Source of the DNA: an uncultured Verrucomicrobiae bacterium
GTDB lineage: Bacteria > Verrucomicrobiota > Verrucomicrobiia > Opitutales > JABDGR01
Assembly (NCBI GenBank): GCA_963765205.1
Contig: CAVXVB010000009.1
Location: forward strand, 1,152,001 to 1,216,000
Reading direction: 5' to 3'
Length of the DNA stretch: 64,000 nucleotides
The stretch's first letter is position 1. Every line of letters begins with the position of its first letter. Below, piece by piece: positions 30,755 to 41,549 of this stretch. Both the position numbers and the translations under genes were made by a program. The notes beneath the pieces were generated by a model. The model saw only the letters and a list, made by a program, of their open reading frames with translations, did no database searches and was not told the DNA's origin.

Positions 30755-32566
30755 TTAGCGGTTCGATATTGCATCGCTTTTCTGCACCGCTTCCGTAACC
30801 AATTCCGTGTGGGCGGCGATGGTATGGGAAACACGGTTGCCCGTCAGCGGGTCGTAGATGCGGGTGGAGGTTTCCGGAGCGTAGATATAGAACATATTGA
30901 GTTCGCCCGGTTTGAGCTGGGCCTTCAACTCCGCAATCGTGCCCACGGGTTTTTTATTCACTTCCATGATGACCGTGCCGGAACGGAACAGGTTGTAGTA
31001 GGGGGATAATTTAGGATCGACTTGTTCAACGACCAGCCCATTGACATATGAGGGCATGGCATCGTCGCGCAGGTCGGGAGTCAGCGGCAGGAGCGACACG
31101 CCGGTCAGCAATTCACCATTGTTGCGCGCGGGGGCCGCCGGCGGGGATGGAACAACCGGAGGCGTCGCGGGGGCGGGGTTCGTTTTGGCCGGGTAGAGTT
31201 TGTCATAGTCACCCAAAACCACATTGAGGACTTTCGGTTTGCCATCGCGCAAGACCGTCAGGTTGATGGCGGTGCCGGGATCGTCCATCGCGACGAGGTA
31301 GCTCAGCTTCTCCGGGGTATCCACCTCGTTGTCGTTGACTTTGACGACAGCATCATAGCGCTGAAGGCCCGCCTTCGCCGCGGGGGAGCCTTCTGTTGTC
31401 TCAGTCACAATGGCGCCATGGGTATTGGGTATGTCCATGATTTGGGCCAGATTGTGATCCACCTCCTGGGATACCACCCCAAGCACACCGTGGTTGACCT
31501 TGCCGTCTTTGATCAGGTCGTCCGCCACATGGCGGGCGAGGTTGGAGGGAACCGCAAAACCGATGCCGATGCTGCCCCCATCATTCGAAGAGGAAAGGAT
31601 TTCCGAATTGAGGCCGATGAGGCGGCCCTGCACGTCCACCAACGGGCCACCGGAGTTGCCTTCGTTGATGGAGGCATCGGTCTGGATGAAGCTCTCAATG
31701 TGAACCTTTGAGTCGCTGGGGTCGTCTGAAGAACTGACCTGGCTGCGACCGATGGCGGAGATGATGCCATGGGTCACGGTGAGGCCAACGTCCATCGGGT
31801 TGCCAATGGCAAAGACAATGTCACCGACGCGTGACTTGTCACTGTCCGCCATTTTGATAGTCGGCAGGTTCTGGGCGTTGATTTTGAGGAGGGCGAGGTC
31901 GGTCGCTTCGTCACTGCCAATGATTTGGGCGGGATATTCGCGACCATCCGGCATTTTAATCAGGACTGCATCCACCTTGACGGTGACCGATCGGCCGCCA
32001 CCGAAATTGACCACGTTGTCCGCGATGACGTGATGGTTGGTGAGGATATAGCCATCGGCGGAAATGATGCAACCCGAGCCAACGCCCATGACCCAATAGT
32101 CGATGGAGTTGCCATCCGACCAGTCGGGCTTGTTGGGCGGAAGTTGCTGCGCTTGGGTGCCGCCGCCAAACCCACCGCCACCACCAAATCCCCCACCGCC
32201 CCCGAATCCACCTCCGCCGGTGCCCGCGCCACCTCCCGTGCCCGCGCCACCACCACCAGTTCCGGCGCCTCCCCCGCGACGGCCATTGCCACGGCGGCCA
32301 CCGGTGCCCGCGGGCGGCTGAATGGTGTCGGGATTAATTTTGCTCGAAGGATAGACGCCGACGACACCGGGCGTAACTTTGTCGAGCATGTCGGAGTAAC
32401 TGGCGAGGAATCCTTGGTTGGTGCGGTCCAGGGCCGAGGTGTCGAAATTGTAGTTGATGGCGGCGGTTTTCGCCGGCGCCGAATTCTGGGCGGCCAATGT
32501 CCCAGCCGCGGCGCCAAGACCGGCCAGCAAGCCAACCGTCAGAAAAATAATGTGCGTGCGTTTCAT
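30755..32566 (-). CDS. HtrA/DegP serine protease with two PDZ domains and a Gly-rich insert
   Basis: TNHHVI, TDLALLKI, QTDASINEGNSGGPL, IGIGFAVP; PDZ. Confidence 0.92.
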   Translation of the reverse strand: MKRTHIIFLTVGLLAGLGAAAGTLAAQNSAPAKTAAINYNFDTSALDRTNQGFLASYSDMLDKVTPGVVGVYPSSKINPDTIQPPAGTGGRRGNGRRGGGAGTGGGGAGTGGGAGTGGGGFGGGGGFGGGGGFGGGTQAQQLPPNKPDWSDGNSIDYWVMGVGSGCIISADGYILTNHHVIADNVVNFGGGRSVTVKVDAVLIKMPDGREYPAQIIGSDEATDLALLKINAQNLPTIKMADSDKSRVGDIVFAIGNPMDVGLTVTHGIISAIGRSQVSSSDDPSDSKVHIESFIQTDASINEGNSGGPLVDVQGRLIGLNSEILSSSNDGGSIGIGFAVPSNLARHVADDLIKDGKVNHGVLGVVSQEVDHNLAQIMDIPNTHGAIVTETTEGSPAAKAGLQRYDAVVKVNDNEVDTPEKLSYLVAMDDPGTAINLTVLRDGKPKVLNVVLGDYDKLYPAKTNPAPATPPVVPSPPAAPARNNGELLTGVSLLPLTPDLRDDAMPSYVNGLVVEQVDPKLSPYYNLFRSGTVIMEVNKKPVGTIAELKAQLKPGELNMFYIYAPETSTRIYDPLTGNRVSHTIAAHTELVTEAVQKSDAISNR

Positions 32567-32658
32567 GGTGAGGCGATTTATGAGTTAATTGTAACCTACA
32601 AACCTTGTAAAGACCAGTTTGTTCCAACGAAGCGTGGTCGTAACCTGCAAAATGAATG

Positions 32659-33537
32659 TCAGGTCTCCGCCGATTCCGGGCCGGTGCCGTGGGCTGGCCG
32701 GGGATGAAAAATGAGCGCACTGGCGTAAAAACCCACCGACCAAAGCACGATGGTCGCGCCGGTGGGGGTGTTCCAATAATAAGATGAAATCAGGCCGCCG
32801 ACCCCCGCCGCCAGCGCGAGACAAACCGCCCAGGCCAAGTATTGGCCCATATTGCGCGCCAGCAACCGCGCGGCCGCCGCCGGCAAAACCAGAAAGGCAT
32901 TGATGAGGAGCAAGCCGATCCAGGGTATCACCATCGTGACGGCGATGGCGACGAGGACGGCAAAACCGGCTTGCACCCACGCCACGCGCACGCCGCGGCT
33001 GCCGGCCAGGGAGAGGTTCAGGCCGGTCAACGCCAACGCGTTGAACCAGCGCAGCGCGAGGAGGCCAGCGGCCACGAGCGCCACCGCCAGCCCGGCCAAG
33101 CCCTGGGCGGTAATGCTGAGCACATCGCCCACCAAGTAATTGAGCAATTGTTTCGTCTGGTTGTTATGCGACAAGAGCGCGATGCCCAACGCGACGGAAA
33201 AGGCCATGAACACGCCGAGCACCGTGTCCATCGCCGCACGGGAGCGCCGCTGAACATAAGTCATCAGCAAGGCGATGGCCACGGCCCAGGTGAGCATCGC
33301 CCACCACGGGTGGACCAGACCGGCGACGACCCCGATGCCCAAGCCTGCCAGCGCCGCGTGGCCGAGCGTGTCGGAAAAAAAGACCAGGCGCAGCCCGACC
33401 ACCTGCGTGCCGATAAGCGCGAACAACGGCGCCGCCAGCAACACCGCGAGCAACGCCTTGCGAATCCAGGGATACTGCGCCCACGCCCAGGGCAGCCCGC
33501 CGATGAGATGGTGCCAGAGATGCGAAAGAAAGGACAT
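32659..33537 (-). CDS. znuB: Zn/Mn ABC transporter permease
   Basis: FFSDTLGHAALAG, YLVGDVL, LPAAAARL, TPTGATIV. Confidence 0.88.
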   Translation of the reverse strand: MSFLSHLWHHLIGGLPWAWAQYPWIRKALLAVLLAAPLFALIGTQVVGLRLVFFSDTLGHAALAGLGIGVVAGLVHPWWAMLTWAVAIALLMTYVQRRSRAAMDTVLGVFMAFSVALGIALLSHNNQTKQLLNYLVGDVLSITAQGLAGLAVALVAAGLLALRWFNALALTGLNLSLAGSRGVRVAWVQAGFAVLVAIAVTMVIPWIGLLLINAFLVLPAAAARLLARNMGQYLAWAVCLALAAGVGGLISSYYWNTPTGATIVLWSVGFYASALIFHPRPAHGTGPESAET

Positions 33538-33591
33538 GAATAAAAATGCTATTCCGTGTTGTTTATTGCCTTGGATTTCAGATTTAAAATT

Positions 33592-34356
33592 TCAGATTTG
33601 AGATTTTCCGGAGCCGGCCGCCATCTTTTGCAGCACCTCCGCAGGCGGGCCGACGGCGAGGAGGCGGCGGTCCAGCAGGAACACCCGGTCGGCCACCCGC
33701 GCCACACCCGCCAGGTCGTGGGAAACCAGCACCACCGCCAGGTCGAAGCGCCCGCGCAGGCGCGCGACAACTTCATGGAATCGTTCAAGTCCCGCAGCGT
33801 CGAGGCCCTGTTGAGGCTCGTCGAGCAACAACAGATCCGGCTCGGGACACAAGGAAAGCGCCAGGAGCACGCGTTGCAATTCGCCGCCGGACAACTCGCC
33901 CAAGCGGCGGTCCCGCAAATGGCCGGCGTCCACTTCCTCCAACACGGCATGGGCCGCCGCACGGGCTTTGGCCGACAAACCGAAAAAAACCGGGCGGGTG
34001 CCCGCAGCGAGGGCAAACAGGTCGGCGACGGTGATCGGCGCGGCGCGGTCGAAGGCCAAACGCTGCGGGACATAGCCGATGACGAGCTGGCGCGCAGCAT
34101 GGCCCGGGCCGCCGTGAAAATGACAACTGCCCGTATAGGGCACCTCGCCCAGCAGGGCGCGCAGCAACGTCGTCTTGCCAGCGCCGTTGGGACCGACCAA
34201 GGCGGTGATTTCCCCGCAGTGCAAGTCAAATGTCAAGTCATCCAAGATCACCTGCCCGTCGAGGCGCACCCCCAAATGATCCACATGGGTGAGACAAGCA
34301 CCGCACGGGGCGTGCGGGGTGGGTGCGGAGGGAAAAGTTTCGGACAAAGTCGACAT
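33592..34356 (-). CDS. znuC: Zn/Mn ABC transporter ATP-binding protein
   Basis: GPNGAGKTT, IGYVPQ, LSGGELQR, LLLDEP, SHD. Confidence 0.9.
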   Translation of the reverse strand: MSTLSETFPSAPTPHAPCGACLTHVDHLGVRLDGQVILDDLTFDLHCGEITALVGPNGAGKTTLLRALLGEVPYTGSCHFHGGPGHAARQLVIGYVPQRLAFDRAAPITVADLFALAAGTRPVFFGLSAKARAAAHAVLEEVDAGHLRDRRLGELSGGELQRVLLALSLCPEPDLLLLDEPQQGLDAAGLERFHEVVARLRGRFDLAVVLVSHDLAGVARVADRVFLLDRRLLAVGPPAEVLQKMAAGSGKSQI

Positions 34357-34360
34357 GTCC

Positions 34361-35302
34361 CTAAGGTGGCGTGGGTGCCGTTTGCGGCAGTTTATCAAGA
34401 CCGAACGCTGTGCGCAACATCACAAGGTTTTTCTCCATGGCTTGCAAGTAGGCGTCTTTGGCCAGCACGGGGTCGAGCGGGCCGCCGGTGACGGTGTCGA
34501 GTTGGTAAAGCGGTTGGTGCAAATCGCGGCTGATAATTTCCGCCGCGGGGTTGGTGGAGTCAATTTCCGTGAGCAGGGCGACGGGGCCATGGGCGGAGCG
34601 CACGCGGGCCACCACGTTGGCCAGATCGCGGGGGCTGGGATTCTGGCCGGGCGCGGGTTCCATGACGGCGAGAATCTCCAGGCCCAGGTCGCGCGCAAGA
34701 TAGGGCATTGAATCATGAAAGGCGACAATCTGGTGAATAGGCGCGGTGGCGAGGCTCTCGCGCAGGCGGGCGGCGAGGGCTTCAAGTTTCACGGCGTAGG
34801 CCTCGCCGTTTTGTTGATAGAGCGCGGCATGGACGGGATCAGCCGCGGCCAGAGCCGTGGCAATGGCCCGGGTCTGCCGGGCCGCGAGGGCCGGAGACAC
34901 CCAAACGTGCGGATTAATTTCGCCGTCAATCGTGAGTAGTGGAATGTCCGCGCTGGCATTGACCACTTTCACCCGGGAGAACTGCGCGGCAACCTTGTCG
35001 AGATAGCCTTCCAGGCCAGCGCCGTTGACGATGAAGACGTTGGCCTCGGAGAGGGTCTGCAAATCCCCTGGCCGGAGTTGGTAGTCCTCCGGGCAGCCGG
35101 TGGTGGTTGGCACCATATTGGTGACGGCGACTCCGGGGGTCCCACCGATGACGTTCAAGGTCTCGACATAGATGGGATAAAACTCCGCCACGACGGTGAA
35201 CGCCGCGGGCGCGGGGCGGGTGACCCCGCACCCAGCCAAACCGGCCAGGGCGAAGATCAGGGCGGCCCGCGCCAGGCGCGCAGCGATGGGGCATTGCTTC
35301 AT
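34361..35302 (-). CDS. znuA: Zn/Mn ABC transporter substrate-binding lipoprotein
   Basis: LAGC lipobox, NGAGLE, NPHVWVSP, FHDSMPYL. Confidence 0.88.
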   Translation of the reverse strand: MKQCPIAARLARAALIFALAGLAGCGVTRPAPAAFTVVAEFYPIYVETLNVIGGTPGVAVTNMVPTTTGCPEDYQLRPGDLQTLSEANVFIVNGAGLEGYLDKVAAQFSRVKVVNASADIPLLTIDGEINPHVWVSPALAARQTRAIATALAAADPVHAALYQQNGEAYAVKLEALAARLRESLATAPIHQIVAFHDSMPYLARDLGLEILAVMEPAPGQNPSPRDLANVVARVRSAHGPVALLTEIDSTNPAAEIISRDLHQPLYQLDTVTGGPLDPVLAKDAYLQAMEKNLVMLRTAFGLDKLPQTAPTPP

Positions 35303-35321
35303 TCCGCAACTATCCAGCAAA

Positions 35322-35336
35322 TGCAAAATAGTTGCA
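35322..35336. promoter_or_regulatory. Putative Zur/Fur-family operator
   Basis: TGCAA-aatag-TTGCA palindrome 20 bp upstream of the znuA start. Confidence 0.65.
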
Positions 35337-35347
35337 ATAATAAAAAA

Positions 35348-36500
35348 TCAGGCCCCGCCAGCCGGCGGCGCGGGCAGGGTGACAGCGAAAACACTGCCCG
35401 GGCCGGGGTTGCTGCGCGCGGCCAGGGTGCCCCCGGCACGGTCCAGCAGTTCGCGGCAGAGGACAAGACCGAGGCCCGTGCCGAGTTCGCCGGTGGATAC
35501 CCGGCTGGCTGACCGGTTTGGCGCCAGGGGTAAACAGGCTTTCGAGCAGCGCGGGCGGGAGGCCTGCGCCGGTATCGCTCACCTCCCCCACCGTCTTTCC
35601 GCCATGCACAGCACAGCGCAGGGTGACGAGGCCTCCAGACGGGGTGAACTTGAGGGCGTTGGAGAGCAGGTTGCGGAAAACCGTGAGCATCATGCGGCGA
35701 TCGCCCCAAGCTGCGGCGGGCTGGAGTTCAAGGCACAGTTTCACCCCTTTCTGTTGCGCGGCCTGGTTGAATAATTCGGCCAATTCACGGAGCAAAGCCG
35801 GCAGATCCAACAATTCCGGGCGAAACTCCATGCGGCCGGTCTGCAACTGCGACCACTCCAGGAGATTTTCCAGCAGTTGGTAAAGATTGCGGGCCGACTT
35901 GGCCATTTCCCCGGCGGAGCCGGCCACCTCGGCGGGGGAAAACTCGGCCAAGTGTGCGGCGAGGGTTTCGGACAGGCCGAGCAGGCCCGCCAGCGGACTG
36001 CGCAGGTCGTGGGCGATGATGGAGTAGAAGCGGTCTTTATCCGCATTAAGCCGCGCAAGGTCGGCGGCCTGTTGTTCGGCGCGCCGGGTCGCGTGGCGCA
36101 GGGCCAGTTGGGTGCGGACGCGGGCGATCAGTTCAGTCGGGCGGAAGGGTTTGGCTATATAGTCCTGCGCTCCTTCGCGGAATCCCCGCACAATATTTTC
36201 TTCTTCGGTAAGCGCAGTGATGAAAAGAATGGGCAAATCACGGGTGGCGGGGTCCGCCCGGAGGCGGCGGCAGACTTCGAAGCCGTCCATCTCCGGCATC
36301 ATGACATCAAGCAGAATGAGGTCAGGCCGGCGTTGCGTAATGAATTGCAGGGCCTGTGCACCACGGGTGGCGGCGGCCACCGCCCAGCCTTCGGCGTGCA
36401 GCAGCGGGCCGAGCACACGCAGATTGGCCTCGGTATCATCCACGAGGAGAATGTAGGGTTTGCCGGATTGTGGCATCGAAATTGAAGTCCGGGCTCTCAT
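35348..36500 (-). CDS. Hybrid REC-histidine kinase, apparent frameshift at ~35495
   Basis: ILLVDD/DVMMPEMDG; IAHDLRSPL; NLLSNALKFT; GTGLGL in the shifted frame. Confidence 0.85.
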
Positions 36501-38985
36501 CGCCCCGCATGCGGCGCAAGGGCACCCCGGGCGGCAGCCGGCCCGCGACGCAATTTAGCCGCCAATTGGGGGAATTCACGCAGCGAAAGCGCCATTTCCT
36601 CGACCTCGAAATCGCGGGCCTGTTCGGAAAGACGGCGGCCATAATTGCGCAAGATTTCAGGCGTGTTATCACCGGAGGCGTTCAAAAGGAGGTCGGCGAA
36701 CTGCTCAACATCGGCAAACAGGGGCGCTTGCAAGAGCGTTGTCCAAGTCAACATCCAAGGACCGGCGGCCTGGTCGGCGCAATGCTGCCAGGCGATGGCA
36801 GCGGCAGGCGTAAGGGGTTTTTCCTCGCGCAGTGCAGTCGGGCCGGGATGCACCACGGACTCGGCGAGGGCCGGGAGGAGTGGGAAATCCGGCTCCTGGG
36901 GTGCAGGATCGTGGAGCACATTGGGCAGCGTTAGGCGGAACACGCTGCCGGCATCCAACTCACTGGAGGCCAGCAAGGAGCCACCCATCAGTTCGGCGAG
37001 ACGGCGGCTAATGCTCAGACCCAAGCCGGTGCCACCATATTTACGGGTGCTTTGGCCAACCCGCTGCTCGAAGGGAATAAAGAGGCGGGCCAATTGCTCA
37101 CAAGGAATGCCGACGCCGGTGTCGCGCACCTCGAAATGGAGCCGACTGCGCCCGGGCGCATCAGCCTCGGCCTCGACCGTGAGCACCACATGGCCGCGCT
37201 CGGTAAATTTCAAGGCGTTACCGATGAGGTTGAATAAAATCTGGCGCACGCGCACTTCGTCCAGATGGAACAATCCGCTCGTCGGCCCTTGAAATTGGGT
37301 GACGATGGCGAGGCCTTTCTCCTCGGCTTTCAGGGAAAAGAACTGGCGCATTTCCGCCGCGAGCACCCGCACGTCCACCTGGCCGGGCTGGAGTTCGAGG
37401 CGGCCGGCTTCGACTTTGGACAAATCGAGGAGATCATTGATCAGTTGCAGCAAGGTCTGCCCGCTGGAAAAAATGGCGAGGGCTTGTTTTTTCATGGCGG
37501 GATCCCGCAGATGACGCTGGAGCAGCTCTGCAAAGCCGAGAATGGAATTCATCGGCGTGCGGATTTCGTGCGAGATGTTGGCGAGAAACTCTGATTTGGC
37601 GCGGTTGGCCTGTTCCGCGGCGATCTTCGACGCCACCATTTGCACCTCCGCCTGCTTGCGCTCGGTGACGTCGACGGCTATGCCGAGGAAGCCGCGCGCG
37701 TGCCCATGCACCGGCTGCAGCGGCGTCACGGAGAGAAAGACGGGCAGGCGGGAGCCGTCGCGGCGAAGATACGTCCATTCGCGTTCATCGGCGTGGCCGC
37801 GGCGTGGCAGGGCCACGAAGGTTTCAAAGCCCGCGATAGGCTGACCCATCTCGGTGGAGAGTTCGTGGGCGCGGGCGGCGACTTCGGCGGGGTCGTGCAA
37901 AAACTCGGACGTGCGGCCCAGCAATTCTTTTTCTGTGTAGCCGAGCAGGCGTTCGGAGCCGCGGTTCACACTGGTGATGATGCCGGCGTCATCTGTGACA
38001 ATAATGGAGAAGTTGGAGCCGTCGAGGACGGCTTGCTGGAACGAGGACAATTCGGCGGAGGCGCGGAGGTTGCGCCGACGTTGCGCGGCCACGGCGCCCA
38101 GCACCATCGCCGTGCCAGCGGCGCAAACAATGAAAATCTGCAGTACAATGAGTAATTCCGAATGCTTGGCGTCTTCGCCAGCCAGGCCAAATGGCATGTA
38201 ACCCTCCATGACACAGGCCAGCGCCGACAGCACGACGACCACGATGGCCGTGGTCAGGGCGCGGGCCTCCAGCCGCAATCCGGCCCAGACCAGCAGCGGA
38301 AACGGCAGGAAGCTCAGAGGCAATTGGGACAAAAAGTCGGCCACGGTCGCCACCACCAGCAACAGATAGAGCAGGAGGGTTTCGCCCCACGAGGCCTCGC
38401 CTTCCCCGGTAGTCGAAGGTTGCGCCCAATTGAGAACAAACGACCCAAAAACGGCGACGCCCATGGCGATGCCGACAAAATTGGTCGTCCATTCGAGCGG
38501 GAATTCGGCCGCGCTAATTTTGCCCAGCAAAAAAGCCGGCCCACGCTCCAGGTCGAAAGCAGGACGGCCCGCACCACCCCACCCCACCAGAGAAAACCCA
38601 ACACACTGCGGATGGAACCAAAATCAATGCGCCGCCCCACATAATGCCGCACCAGCCAGACGCCCGCCAGGCTGATGAGGGTGCCGCCGGACGCGAGAAT
38701 GAGCGCTTCGAGCAAATCATGGGTGAGATGGTATTGCGACAAAACCCCCGTAACCCACATCGCGGGCCAAAACCGGTAGCCGCGCCACAGGATGATTGCC
38801 AGCGCGACGCCCGCGCCCGGCCGCACCGGGGTGACATTGTTGTTGATGCGGTCGGTCGCAAAAATCAGGCCAATTTGCTGGAGGGCGTAAAACAGCGCAA
38901 CATAGGCGAGCACTTCACTGACGTAACGAACCCCGGATGGCAACCTGGCCCACTGGAACTTGAGCGATGACGCTTGTGCCTGCAT
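36497..38985 (-). CDS. MASE1-PAS sensor histidine kinase, apparent frameshift at the A6 run ~38530
   Basis: MASE1-like [40 protein letters not shown]. Confidence 0.85.
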
Positions 38986-39099
38986 GGGGGCCAACCTTAG
39001 CAGGGAATGACGATCCTCTGCACGCCCAAAATTTTCCCGGTCGCCACCTGCACATCCCGCTTGTCAATCGCTCATTAGAATGATTAGGCTGAGTGGTTG

Positions 39100-40680
39100 A
39101 TGCCCGACCCAACCGCGCCTTTGTTTCCCTGGCTGCAAGAACGCGCCGCCGGGATTTTGCTCCATCCCACGGCCTTGCCGGGGCCGTTCGGCATCGGCAA
39201 TCTGGGCGCGCCGGCCCGCCGCTTCATTGATTTCCTGGCCGACACGCACACGCGCTACTGGCAAATCTGCCCGCTGGGGCCCACGGGCTTCGGCGATTCG
39301 CCGTACCAGTGTTTTTCGGCCTTTGCAGGCAACGCCTATTTGGTGGACTTAACTCCTTTGATTGAACGGCATTTGCTGACGGAAGAGGAGGTCGCGCCGC
39401 TGCGGTCCTTGCCCCATGCACATGCGGATTTCGGGCGACTCTATCCGCTGTTCTGGCCGATGCTGCGGAAGGCCTACGAGCGCTTCCAACTCGCGCGCGA
39501 CGTGCTGGCCGACTACGGCGACTTCGACCAGTTTTGCGCAGAGCGGCATGGCTGGCTGCATCCGTATGCGCTGTTTTCCGCACTCAAGCAGCATTTTGGC
39601 GGCCAGCCCTGGCAGGCGTGGCCGGCGGAATGGCGCAGCTATCGCGCGGCACTCAGCCGCCCGTTAACCCGGGAAATTGCCGACAACGTGGGCGCGCAGC
39701 AGTTTTTCCAGTTTTTGTTTTATGCCCAATGGGGGAAGTTGCGCGAGTATGCGGCACGGCGGGGCGTGGGCATCATCGGCGATATTCCCATCTTCGTCGC
39801 CCTCGACAGCGCGGATGTGTGGGCCACGCCGGAGATTTTCCAACTCGACCACCGCACGGGACGGCCGCTGCGCGTGGCGGCGGTGCCGCCGGATTATTTT
39901 TCGCCGCTTGGCCAGCTCTGGGGCAACCCGCTCTACGACTGGCAGGCCCTGCGCGCGCGGCATTATGACTGGTGGATGGACCGGTTCCGCGTGAATTTCG
40001 AATTGTATGACGTGCTGCGGCTGGACCACTTCCGCGGTTTCGAGGCGTATTGGTCGGTGGATGCCGCCGCGGCGGACGCCCGCGAGGGTTTTTGGGAAAA
40101 CGGCCCGGGCTTGCCGTTCTTTACCGAGTTGCGCGAAAAAGTCCCGGAAGCCCGCATCATCGCGGAAGACCTCGGTTTCGTCACCGAGCCGGTCATCGCC
40201 CTGCGCGAGGCGACGGGGCTGCCGGGCATGGCGGTGCTGCAATTCGCCTTCGGCAGCGGCTCCGATAATTTTTATTTGCCACACAATGTTAATCCGAATT
40301 GCGTGATTTATTCAGGCACGCACGACAACGACACGACGGTGGGTTGGTATCGAGCCGCCGGGCCGGAAATCCAGGACGAATTCCGGCGTTACCTGCGTTC
40401 GAGTGGCGAAGCGCCGCAGTGGGACTTGATTCACGCGGCCTACAAATCGGTTTGCCGCCTGGCGGTCGCGCCCTTGCAGGATATTTTCGGACTGGGTTCC
40501 AGCGCGCGTTTCAACCTCCCCGGCACGTCCACGGGTAACTGGCAATGGCGCTTCGAGGACGCACAGTTGAACCACGCCTGGGACACACTGGCGGGTTATC
40601 TGCGGGAATTGTCGGACAATTCCGGACGACAGCCACCGCGGCCGGAACTGGCTTACCGCGTCAAGAATTCCGTGATTTGA
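39100..40680 (+). CDS. malQ: 4-alpha-glucanotransferase (GH77)
   Basis: GILLHPTALP, WQICPL, GDIPIFV, LRLDHFRGF, IAEDLG, GTHDNDT. Confidence 0.95.
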   Translation: MPDPTAPLFPWLQERAAGILLHPTALPGPFGIGNLGAPARRFIDFLADTHTRYWQICPLGPTGFGDSPYQCFSAFAGNAYLVDLTPLIERHLLTEEEVAPLRSLPHAHADFGRLYPLFWPMLRKAYERFQLARDVLADYGDFDQFCAERHGWLHPYALFSALKQHFGGQPWQAWPAEWRSYRAALSRPLTREIADNVGAQQFFQFLFYAQWGKLREYAARRGVGIIGDIPIFVALDSADVWATPEIFQLDHRTGRPLRVAAVPPDYFSPLGQLWGNPLYDWQALRARHYDWWMDRFRVNFELYDVLRLDHFRGFEAYWSVDAAAADAREGFWENGPGLPFFTELREKVPEARIIAEDLGFVTEPVIALREATGLPGMAVLQFAFGSGSDNFYLPHNVNPNCVIYSGTHDNDTTVGWYRAAGPEIQDEFRRYLRSSGEAPQWDLIHAAYKSVCRLAVAPLQDIFGLGSSARFNLPGTSTGNWQWRFEDAQLNHAWDTLAGYLRELSDNSGRQPPRPELAYRVKNSVI

Positions 40681-41537
40681 GGGATGAGTTTCGCACCCGC
40701 GTCTTCGAGCAGGTAGTGGCCGGCCTCCGGAAATTCGCGCACCAGCGCCGCGGGAAAACGCCGCCGCCATTCCGCCAGATAGACGGGTGAAAAGCAAAAA
40801 TCGCGCAGGCCCCAGGCCAGGAGCAGCGGCTTGCCGCGCAGTTTTTCCAAATCCGTTTCAGTGGCGCGCAAGGTGGGCAAGCTTGGGTGCCCCGGCTCCA
40901 ACGGAATGTCCTCCACGAATCGCAGTACTGCGACGCGACTGCGCCAGGAGCGATAAGGAAACAAAAAACCGCGTTTGACTGCGGGGGCCAACGGTCGCGC
41001 CACCGCCATACACGCGGCCGGTCCGGCGAAGCCATTCAAGCCGCGCACGAGCAGCGGGCCCAAAATCGGTGCGCGGCAAAGTCGAATGCGCAAGGGACAC
41101 GGGCCGGAAAACGCGGCGGTGTTCATCACCACGAGTTTCCCCACCCGGTCCGCCAGGCGCTCAGCGACCGCGAGGCCGATCGGGCCACCCCAGTCATGCA
41201 CGATGAAATACAGTTTGGGCTGGGTGACCGTGGCGGCAAGACCAGCGAGGTTTTCAATGTGGTCGCGCAACCGATACGAATAGTTTTGTGGCTTATCCGA
41301 TAATCCGCAGCCGAGATGGTCAATCGCCAGCACGCGAAATTTCGGCGCGAGGGCCTTAATTACATCGCGATACATGAACGACCACGTCGGGTTGCCGTGG
41401 ACGCAGATGACGGCGGTGTCCATGTCGCGCGGGCCTTCGTCCACATAGTGCAACCGGCCGGCGGGCGTTTCCAGCCAGTGGGGCGCGAAGGGGTAAAGCG
41501 CGCGCACGTCGGGCGGCAGTTCGGCGGCGGTGGTCAT
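40653..41537 (-). CDS. OleB-like / haloalkane dehalogenase-family alpha/beta hydrolase
   Basis: HGNPTWSF, HDWGGPIG, WGLRDFCF, AGHYLLED; adjacent to oleA. Confidence 0.8.
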   Translation of the reverse strand: MTTAAELPPDVRALYPFAPHWLETPAGRLHYVDEGPRDMDTAVICVHGNPTWSFMYRDVIKALAPKFRVLAIDHLGCGLSDKPQNYSYRLRDHIENLAGLAATVTQPKLYFIVHDWGGPIGLAVAERLADRVGKLVVMNTAAFSGPCPLRIRLCRAPILGPLLVRGLNGFAGPAACMAVARPLAPAVKRGFLFPYRSWRSRVAVLRFVEDIPLEPGHPSLPTLRATETDLEKLRGKPLLLAWGLRDFCFSPVYLAEWRRRFPAALVREFPEAGHYLLEDAGAKLIPQITEFLTR

Positions 41538-41549
41538 CGCGGGAAGAAA

